64,000 bases of DNA from an uncultured Chitinophagaceae bacterium (GTDB lineage Bacteria > Bacteroidota > Bacteroidia > Chitinophagales > JADJOU01), in contig CAYXKX010000001.1 of NCBI GenBank assembly GCA_964465185.1, positions 16,585-80,584 of the forward strand, read 5' to 3'. Below, piece after piece: positions 46,638 through 53,646 of this stretch (within the stretch, counting starts at the first letter, position 1; each line of letters opens with the position of its first letter). The translations under genes were made by a program, and so were the position numbers. Under the pieces are notes generated by a model. The model had not been told where the DNA came from. It saw only the letters and a list, made by a program, of their open reading frames with translations, and did not search any database.

Positions 46638-48134
46638 ATGAAGTTAGGATTATTTTTTAGCCATGCCTGGAACGACAAGGCTGGAGACAGAGTTAAAAAA
46701 CTACTAAATCATTTACAAATAAGCTACGATGTCTGGTTAGATAAGAAAAGAATTCCTATCGGCGATGTTATAAATGATGAGGTATATAAAGGGATATCTG
46801 ATTGCGATATTTTTGTTAATATTTGGAGTAAAAATGCGGCTAACAGTGAAGGCGTTCGATTTGAAATCAAGGCTGCGCAGCAACTTAAGAAGCCATTTTT
46901 GATTTTAAAAATTGACGAAGAATCCATAGAAACTAATGAATACTTAAAAGGGCGGGAGTTTATCGATTTTAATTTTGATGATGTCAGGTTTGAAGAACAA
47001 TATGTGTTTTTAGACAATCATTTAATGAGATTGCAAATTGCTAAATTGGTCCAAAATAATCTTATAGAGGGTAACAGTGACGAGTTAATAGGTTTAGATC
47101 AAAAGAGAGATCAGGTCAAAGACGTTTTAGACGAACTAGAAGACTATCAAAAACGCCGTTCATTAGGCGCTAATGGCAACGATAGCAGTGATACCTATAT
47201 TCAGTCTAGCTTGTCAAAGGGCATGCAACTGGCGGCCAATGACCCCATATTATCTCAATTCATGCAAGGTTTAAGCGATATTTCAAAGGCACATCCAAAA
47301 AAAAGCGAGGATGCCTTAAAGCAAAAGTTAACAATAGATCTAATAGACAAAATAGACCCGCAAGGTGTTCATCCATATCTGGCGATAATGAAAAAGGAAA
47401 TGCTTAAACGGCCAGAAAGTTTAATAACAACTAATACTCAAAAAATAGATGAGCAAAAAGTTATGAAGGTTTTTCAAATGAAAATTAGAGAATTAGAAAA
47501 CCAAAAACACGCAGAAGACAAAAAAAATAAAGGAGAAAACCTTTTTTGGAATTTATTGACAGGCATAAAAGATCTGGGCATTGATTTACTTAACAGCTAT
47601 ATTACAGATAGTCCCAAACTATTACTTAAAATGCATCAAGGGGCCAGTGAGGTAAACGAACCTCGCTTGTTTAATTTACTGTCCATAGTTATTCGATATA
47701 TTCAAATGGAGAAGGAGCAAAAAACCTCAACCACGCGCGCACTTTATGATTATTTACCGGAGTCATTTTTAATCAACAACACAGCAAGGCTTCTCATAAA
47801 AGCCGGAGTTTTTAAAGAAAATACATTGGATTATAGCTTTGCAAGTTCAGCAGGAATTGATAAAATTATGTTACCCTTTTTTGATGGAGCCAAGAAGGAA
47901 AAAATTGAAAACTTTATACGACATGTAGAAGAAAACTATAATATCAAAGATTCAAATTTAGATTGGTTAAAAATAGCAGCGGGGTTAATTGTTGTTCCTG
48001 CCTTATTGGGAGGATTATCAGATGGGTCATCCGATAATTCCGATGGATCGTCTTCTCTTCTTGGAGGAGGATCATTCGAAGATAAAATGGCATCTGCGGG
48101 GTTAGATGCGAATTTTAAGATCAATTATGATTAG
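46638..48134 (+). CDS. TIR-domain protein with uncharacterised helical region, C-terminal transmembrane tail anchor and S/G/D-rich tail
   Basis: Residues 1-125 carry TIR hallmarks: LFFSHAWND, DVWLDKKRIPIGD, CDIFVNIWSKNAANSEGVRFE (candidate catalytic Glu-76) and KPFLILKID. A hydrophobic helix WLKIAAGLIVVPALLGGL lies at 47964..48017, followed by the tail SDGSSDNSDGSSSLLGGGS. Confidence 0.8.
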   Translation: MKLGLFFSHAWNDKAGDRVKKLLNHLQISYDVWLDKKRIPIGDVINDEVYKGISDCDIFVNIWSKNAANSEGVRFEIKAAQQLKKPFLILKIDEESIETNEYLKGREFIDFNFDDVRFEEQYVFLDNHLMRLQIAKLVQNNLIEGNSDELIGLDQKRDQVKDVLDELEDYQKRRSLGANGNDSSDTYIQSSLSKGMQLAANDPILSQFMQGLSDISKAHPKKSEDALKQKLTIDLIDKIDPQGVHPYLAIMKKEMLKRPESLITTNTQKIDEQKVMKVFQMKIRELENQKHAEDKKNKGENLFWNLLTGIKDLGIDLLNSYITDSPKLLLKMHQGASEVNEPRLFNLLSIVIRYIQMEKEQKTSTTRALYDYLPESFLINNTARLLIKAGVFKENTLDYSFASSAGIDKIMLPFFDGAKKEKIENFIRHVEENYNIKDSNLDWLKIAAGLIVVPALLGGLSDGSSDNSDGSSSLLGGGSFEDKMASAGLDANFKINYD

Positions 48135-48175
48135 CCACAACGACAATAAGGCACTAATGGCGCCTAATTAACTTA

Positions 48176-48293
48176 AATTTTCTCCCATTGTTGGTTCTTA
48201 TTGACCAACAAAAATTCTATGAGTTAGGTTTGTTGGTGAAAAACACCAACAATGGGAAAAAAATAGGAAAAAAGAAATTTGACCAACAAAAAA
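48176..48293. repeat. Nested inverted repeats built from a CCAACAA/TTGTTGG core between the TIR gene and recQ
   Basis: The outer arms TCCCATTGTTGGT (48183..48195) and ACCAACAATGGGA (48245..48257) are exact reverse complements. So are the inner arms ACCAACAAA (48204..48212) and TTTGTTGGT (48229..48237). The direct repeat TTGACCAACAAAAA occurs at 48201 and 48279. Confidence 0.8.
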
Positions 48294-48294
48294 C

Positions 48295-50511
48295 CTACAT
48301 CAAATTTTCCCCAATAAACTGCAACTTAACCAAACGAATATCATCTTCAGGTAAATCGTCGTCTAAGAAGTTTTCGTAACATTCTTTGATATTGCCCGTT
48401 TCGTTTTTTTGAAAAAATTCCATCATTTCATCGATGACTTCATCGTCAAGGATTTCTTTTAAATAGTATCTGATGTTGAGTTTGGTGCCGTTGAGGACTA
48501 TAGACTCCAGTTCATCTACAAGATTTGTAAATTTCAAACCGAGTTCTTTTGAAATCGTTTCTAAAGAGATTTTTTTATCTATAGCTGCTATGATTTTTAC
48601 CTTGTCACTGCTTTTATTGACTATGGTTTTGACCATGACATCATCTGGACGCATGATGTCATTTTCTTCTACATAGTCGGCTATAACCGTACAGAAGGAT
48701 TTGGCATACTTGGCCGCCATGGCCTTGGTGACACCGGTTATGTTTCCAAATTCTTCTTCATTAACAGGATATTTCAAGCACATTTCTTCTAGAGAAGGTG
48801 CTTGAATAATCACATATGGAGGCTTGTTGGCTTTTTTTGCTTCTATTTTTCGTACATCCAATAGTATGTTATACAGCTCCTTATCCATTGTGGATGTGTT
48901 GTTGCCAGCCAATACGATATCTCCCTCGGTTTCATAATTATGATTTAGAGAAATATGAATAGGATAGTTCTTTTTGATATAATCAAAGCCCTTTTTTGTC
49001 AGTTTAAGGGTTCCATATTCTTCGACCTCTCTATATACCAAACCATGAATAATTGTTGTTCGCAAAACAGAAGTCCAATAGTGTTCGTTTTTATCACTGC
49101 CTTTGCCGAAAAAAGGCATTTGGTCGTGTTTGTAGGACAATACCCCGTCAGATTTTATTCCCATGGCAATATTCATAATATGGGGCAAATAATGTGATTC
49201 AAGGCTTGAATTTATAATATTAAGTGATAGGGAAATGTCTTCGGTGACGTCAACTTTTTCTTTTGGATTGACACAGTTGTCGCACATTAGAGATTCAGTA
49301 CAAATTTTACTATCATATTCCTCTCCAAAATAATTTAGCAAATATTTCCTTCTACATTCTCCAGATTCAATGTAGGCAACCGTTTCGTCTATGAGTAGCA
49401 TGCCTCTTTCTCTTTCGGTCACGGTCTTGTCGCTTAGCATTTTTTCTACTTTATGGATGTCTTTGTAGTTAAAATAGGCGATACAGTTTCCTTCGAGCCC
49501 GTCTCTCCCGGCTCTCCCTGTTTCCTGATAGTAATTCTCTAGAGATTTGGCGATATTATAGTGAATGACAAATCGAATATCGGGCTTATCTATCCCCATG
49601 CCGAAGGCTACGGTAGCCACAATGACATGAATATCTTCTGCTAAAAACTCATCTTGGGTATTGGCTCTTAGTTTTGCTTCTAGACCTGCATGATAGGGCG
49701 CCGCTTTAATACCATTTAAACAGAGCGTTTCTGCTATTTTCTCCGCAGATTTTCTATTAAGTACATAGACAATACCAGATTTTCCTTCCTGGTTTTTAAT
49801 GTATTGGATAATATTTTTTACCGCCCAATCATCGTTGATTTTATATCGGATCTCATAGTATAAGTTTGGTCTATTGAAGGAGGATATGAAAAGATCGTAT
49901 TCTTTTAAGCCTAGGTTTTTGACTATATCTGTTTGTACTTTGGGTGTAGCGGTTGCCGTCAAAGCCATAATTGGCACTTTGTAAGGAATTTTTTTAATCG
50001 CGTCTTTTATTTTTCGATACTCAGGACGAAAGTCGTGTCCCCATTCAGAGATACAATGTGCTTCGTCGATAGCGACAAAAGAGATCTTAAATGCCTTCAA
50101 AAACTCTATATTATCTGGTTTGGCCAATGTTTCTGGGGCAATATAGAGGAGCTTGGTCCTACCTTCTATCACTTCTTTTTCTACTGCTCTTTTTTGTCCT
50201 ACATTGAGTGTACTATTATAGAAATGCGCTACGTTTTCATTTTCATTGTAGTTTCTTACTAGGTCTACTTGGTTTTTCATCAATGCAATGAGAGGCGAGA
50301 TGATAACAGCTGTTCCTTCGGAAATAATACCGGGCAATTGGTAGCACAATGACTTTCCTCCACCTGTTGGCATAAGCACGAAAGTATCCCTACCAGAGAG
50401 AATGGACTCTATGATTTTTTCTTGCTCACCTTTGAACGTATTGAATCCAAAATTCTTTTGGAGTAGTTCGGATAAGCTGGATTGAGAAATACTATTCGGC
50501 GCCACAAGCAT
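48295..50511 (-). CDS. recQ: ATP-dependent DNA helicase RecQ
   Basis: Motifs FGFNTFKGEQE, MPTGGGKSLCYQ, DEAHCISEWGHDFRPEY and the RQC zinc region (C..C..C..C), with an HRDC-type C-terminal region. ATG at 50511; a TTG lies one codon upstream. Confidence 0.95.
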   Translation of the reverse strand: MLVAPNSISQSSLSELLQKNFGFNTFKGEQEKIIESILSGRDTFVLMPTGGGKSLCYQLPGIISEGTAVIISPLIALMKNQVDLVRNYNENENVAHFYNSTLNVGQKRAVEKEVIEGRTKLLYIAPETLAKPDNIEFLKAFKISFVAIDEAHCISEWGHDFRPEYRKIKDAIKKIPYKVPIMALTATATPKVQTDIVKNLGLKEYDLFISSFNRPNLYYEIRYKINDDWAVKNIIQYIKNQEGKSGIVYVLNRKSAEKIAETLCLNGIKAAPYHAGLEAKLRANTQDEFLAEDIHVIVATVAFGMGIDKPDIRFVIHYNIAKSLENYYQETGRAGRDGLEGNCIAYFNYKDIHKVEKMLSDKTVTERERGMLLIDETVAYIESGECRRKYLLNYFGEEYDSKICTESLMCDNCVNPKEKVDVTEDISLSLNIINSSLESHYLPHIMNIAMGIKSDGVLSYKHDQMPFFGKGSDKNEHYWTSVLRTTIIHGLVYREVEEYGTLKLTKKGFDYIKKNYPIHISLNHNYETEGDIVLAGNNTSTMDKELYNILLDVRKIEAKKANKPPYVIIQAPSLEEMCLKYPVNEEEFGNITGVTKAMAAKYAKSFCTVIADYVEENDIMRPDDVMVKTIVNKSSDKVKIIAAIDKKISLETISKELGLKFTNLVDELESIVLNGTKLNIRYYLKEILDDEVIDEMMEFFQKNETGNIKECYENFLDDDLPEDDIRLVKLQFIGENLM

Positions 50512-50624
50512 CAAATTTTGAGACTAAAGATAATATTTTTTTAACAAGTGATAGAAAAATTAAAATCCTCAAAAAAAATTGGTTCTAGTATTTTGCAGTC
50601 AAATAAATTCTGTTAGAAATCAAG

Positions 50625-51257
50625 ATGTACATTCTTGCCATTGACACATCTACTAAATGCCTTTCCTTATCGCTGATAGATATATCGAAAGAAAACTGTA
50701 TAGCCCATTATATAGAAACGGAGGAAGAAAACAGTCATGCTAGAAAAATTAATTTGTCCATACAAGACATTTTAGAAAAATGTGACATAAAAATGGAGGA
50801 TTTATCTGCGATAGCTTTGAATGAAGGGCCGGGCTCATTTACTGGATTGCGAGTGGGCTCCTCGACGGCAAAAGGACTCTGTTATTCTTTGGATCTTCCT
50901 TTGATTAATATATGTGGGCTGTGTGCATATGCTAGGTTTTTATATGAACTAAAAGTGGATGATTTTAGCGATGTATTTATTCTGCTTGATGCTCGAAGAG
51001 GAAATTACTACTATGGTCATTTTCCTTCCAGCAATGCGGAAGAACAAGCTAAATTCGGTCACATATCTGACATAGAGGTAAGTATGAATAGTAAAAAAAA
51101 GCCCTGGATTTATTATTTAGATAAGGATAGTGAGCCCCTTCTAAGCGCAAAAGACTTAACTCATGTCGTAATGGAAAAATGGAAGCAAAAAGTATTCGCA
51201 GATATTCGAAATTTTGAACCGCAATATATCGTCAATAATTACCAAACTAAGAAATGA
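50625..51257 (+). CDS. tsaB: tRNA threonylcarbamoyladenosine biosynthesis protein TsaB
   Basis: ILAIDTSTKCLSLSL start and GPGSFTGLRVG motif. Confidence 0.85.
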   Translation: MYILAIDTSTKCLSLSLIDISKENCIAHYIETEEENSHARKINLSIQDILEKCDIKMEDLSAIALNEGPGSFTGLRVGSSTAKGLCYSLDLPLINICGLCAYARFLYELKVDDFSDVFILLDARRGNYYYGHFPSSNAEEQAKFGHISDIEVSMNSKKKPWIYYLDKDSEPLLSAKDLTHVVMEKWKQKVFADIRNFEPQYIVNNYQTKK

Positions 51258-51850
51258 TTTTTGATCCTATTCGATTGCAAAAATTTAGATTGATGTTTCT
51301 CAAATTGAGAGCAATTAGTGGATCTAGTCGGTATTTCATTTTGAACATAATAAACAATCAAGAACTAATCAGTGTCGGTAAGTTAGTAGAACTTACCAAT
51401 ATGGACCAACCCATAGTCAGTCAGCATTTGGCGGTTCTAAAAAAAGCAGATTTGGTTTTTTCCAAGGCCCTGAAAAAAGAGCGACATTACTGTGTAAACA
51501 AGTCTGAGCTCGACAAACTTATCTTTTTTTGTCAGCGTTTGAGAGGCGAAAATGAGGAAGTAGAGGTTGAATTGAATAATGCCTACTCAAGAGTTTTGGA
51601 GGCTTATAAGTATTTTAAATTTCTGCTTCATCCAGGAAGAATGTCGCTGATGGAAATAATGAATAGGCGGGGGTTATCGAGCGTCAATGAATTAGCGGAA
51701 ATCTCAAAGCAATCTCAATCAATCGCCTCCCAGAATTTAAAGGTTCTTAAAGATTTGGCGATGCTTATCAAAAAAGAAGATGGTAGGAGAATAATTTATT
51801 CTTTGAACAAGGAGCGCATCGAAGCTTTATATAGTTTATTGAAAGATTGA
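51254..51850 (+). CDS. Tandem ArsR-type winged-helix transcriptional regulator (two wHTH units in one chain)
   Basis: Two ArsR-like recognition segments: LTNMDQPIVSQHLAVLKKADLV and ISKQSQSIASQNLKVLKDLAML..GRRIIYSL. The start overlaps the tsaB stop (ATGA). Confidence 0.7.
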   Translation: MIFDPIRLQKFRLMFLKLRAISGSSRYFILNIINNQELISVGKLVELTNMDQPIVSQHLAVLKKADLVFSKALKKERHYCVNKSELDKLIFFCQRLRGENEEVEVELNNAYSRVLEAYKYFKFLLHPGRMSLMEIMNRRGLSSVNELAEISKQSQSIASQNLKVLKDLAMLIKKEDGRRIIYSLNKERIEALYSLLKD

Positions 51851-51954
51851 AAATAGTTGGGTTAAAATATAGACAAAAAATAGGAGTTTGTGACAAGCGA
51901 ATTTTAAAAATTATTTGTTGAGCTGTAGCTTTGCATATTATGACTAGGGTCGTG

Positions 51955-51981
51955 TTTTTTTTATTTTTTTTTTTTTTTTTT
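51955..51981. repeat. Long homopolymer tract T8-A-T18
   Basis: Read directly from the sequence: T8 at 51955..51962, A at 51963, T18 at 51964..51981. Confidence 0.95.
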
Positions 51982-52198
51982 AATATAAAATATTCATTTT
52001 TTTAAAAAAATGGCAAAGGGAAAGTTTTTTGGAATTTGAAACGTTTGGTGCCCAAAAAAGAAAAATATCCACATTTTCGTCTAATATTTTTTATTTTGTT
52101 TTATCTTTTTCAATATAACTTCCTGTGGTATTTTCAAGAATAATTCCAAAAAACCATCGACCAAAGTTGAAAAGCCAAGTTCGAGTAAGCGAGGATTA

Positions 52199-52612
52199 TT
52201 GGAGAAATATAGCAAGTTATTAGGAGAAGAAGTAGATGATGAAAAACTCTATGGTTTTATTGACGCATGGATGGGTGTTCCATATAAATTTGGCGGAAAA
52301 ACGAAAACAGGAGTGGACTGTTCTAACTTTACCTGTGAGTTATTGAGGCAGGTCTATGCATTCCCTAGCACCTTTTATTTTCCCTCTTCAAAATTGGCAG
52401 AACAGGGGAAAAGAATAAATAAAAATGAGGCAAAAGAAGGGGACCTTATTTTTTTCTCAATTAATCAAAACTCAAAAATTTCACATGTGGGGATTTACCT
52501 GACTAGAAATAAATTCGTTCATGCAAGCACAGGAAAAGGAGTCATTATTAACTCATTGGATGAGGATTATTACAAGAAAAGAGTTGCTTTTCTTTCAAGA
52601 ATTAAAAAGTAA
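52199..52612 (+). CDS. NlpC/P60 (C40) cell-wall peptidase domain protein; the 5' end appears disrupted (see findings)
   Basis: Catalytic Cys context GVDCSNFTCELL and His context ISHVGIYL. The listed TTG start gives no signal peptide, although a lipobox is encoded in frame just upstream. Confidence 0.8.
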   Translation: MEKYSKLLGEEVDDEKLYGFIDAWMGVPYKFGGKTKTGVDCSNFTCELLRQVYAFPSTFYFPSSKLAEQGKRINKNEAKEGDLIFFSINQNSKISHVGIYLTRNKFVHASTGKGVIINSLDEDYYKKRVAFLSRIKK

Positions 52613-52658
52613 TACCAATGTGATTTGGTTTATAGCCTAAATCATTAGGGTATAAAAA

Positions 52659-53585
52659 CTACTTAAATCTCCAATATTTAGCTTGTAGGGCATCTAGGAA
52701 GACTGTAAAGCGCACCTGTCCAGACAAATAGGCGTCACTTTGTGAAGGATTGCCTCGTATGTCTTCTGTACTACCAATAATTCCAGGATATCTTGATTCA
52801 GGATTTCTATTAGCCATTGCCTCTACCAACGCAGCTTTAGCAGGGTCATAGTTGGCATAGAAGACTGCGGGATCCACATAGTTTTTGCCGCTAACATCAT
52901 CCAAATAGTCCGTAAACGTATAAGTATAGGTAAAATCAATGCCTATGGAATAAACTCTTTTTGGCTCGACGAATCGCACTCCCAAAGAGAAAGGTAAAAT
53001 CAAACCAATGAGATTATATTTTTGCCCATAAGGCTTAATGCCTTGACCTTCAGTGCCCAGCGGTTGAAGCTCTATTTCCTCCCCTTTGTACCATGTTTTT
53101 GGGTTAAAACTAAAAAGTCCGATACCAGCACCAGCATAGGGAGATATGAGCCATGTATTATTATAATCCCAGCTGTAGGATGTGCCCCATGCCTCTTCTG
53201 TACGAAAATGTTCATAGCGCACATCAATTGTTAATGAATTAACAGCGGTATGAAAACTAAGATTGCGAACTAATCGGCCCCATTCTTCATCATATTTTTC
53301 TTTAGACTTATTGTCGGAATCATATCCAGATAAATAGAGGTGGTTGAAATTGGCCCCAAAACTAAATCTGTTTAACATATTGTATCTGTAGCTTAATGAG
53401 TAAGCCATTTTATAATTCTTAGGATTGAAGGATTCTGTAATAAACGTAAAAGGATGACGATGATGATTAACAATATTCAAATCCCCAAAATAATAGGCAA
53501 ATCCCATGCCACCTCCCACCTCGTGGGTTTGAGAAGACAAGTTTAACGCAGCAATGCAGCAAAAGATAATTAAGTTTTTCTTCAT
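52659..53585 (-). CDS. Outer-membrane beta-barrel protein (resembles the DUF6089 family)
   Basis: Signal peptide MKKNLIIFCCIAALNLSSQ, alternating beta-strand pattern, aromatic-rich C-terminus. Confidence 0.55.
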   Translation of the reverse strand: MKKNLIIFCCIAALNLSSQTHEVGGGMGFAYYFGDLNIVNHHRHPFTFITESFNPKNYKMAYSLSYRYNMLNRFSFGANFNHLYLSGYDSDNKSKEKYDEEWGRLVRNLSFHTAVNSLTIDVRYEHFRTEEAWGTSYSWDYNNTWLISPYAGAGIGLFSFNPKTWYKGEEIELQPLGTEGQGIKPYGQKYNLIGLILPFSLGVRFVEPKRVYSIGIDFTYTYTFTDYLDDVSGKNYVDPAVFYANYDPAKAALVEAMANRNPESRYPGIIGSTEDIRGNPSQSDAYLSGQVRFTVFLDALQAKYWRFK

Positions 53586-53646
53586 GTAGCTAATACCCTA
53601 CAAAAATAGAAGAAAATGTGGAAAAGAGTATTATTTAAAAATTAAT

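Noticed and set aside
48188-48379. A 63-aa plus-strand ORF between the TIR gene and recQ, considered as a possible small partner gene of the TIR protein.
   Set aside because: Its first half is simply the translation of the CCAACAA/TTGTTGG inverted-repeat region. Its second half is antisense to the recQ 3' end. The product is a Lys/Ser-rich low-complexity peptide.
45565-50514. The TIR gene as cargo of a mobile element or genomic island.
   Set aside because: There is no integrase, transposase, tRNA attachment site or flanking direct repeats. Both neighbours (terC, recQ) are ordinary chromosomal genes, and no compositional break is obvious by eye. Island status cannot be supported from this window.
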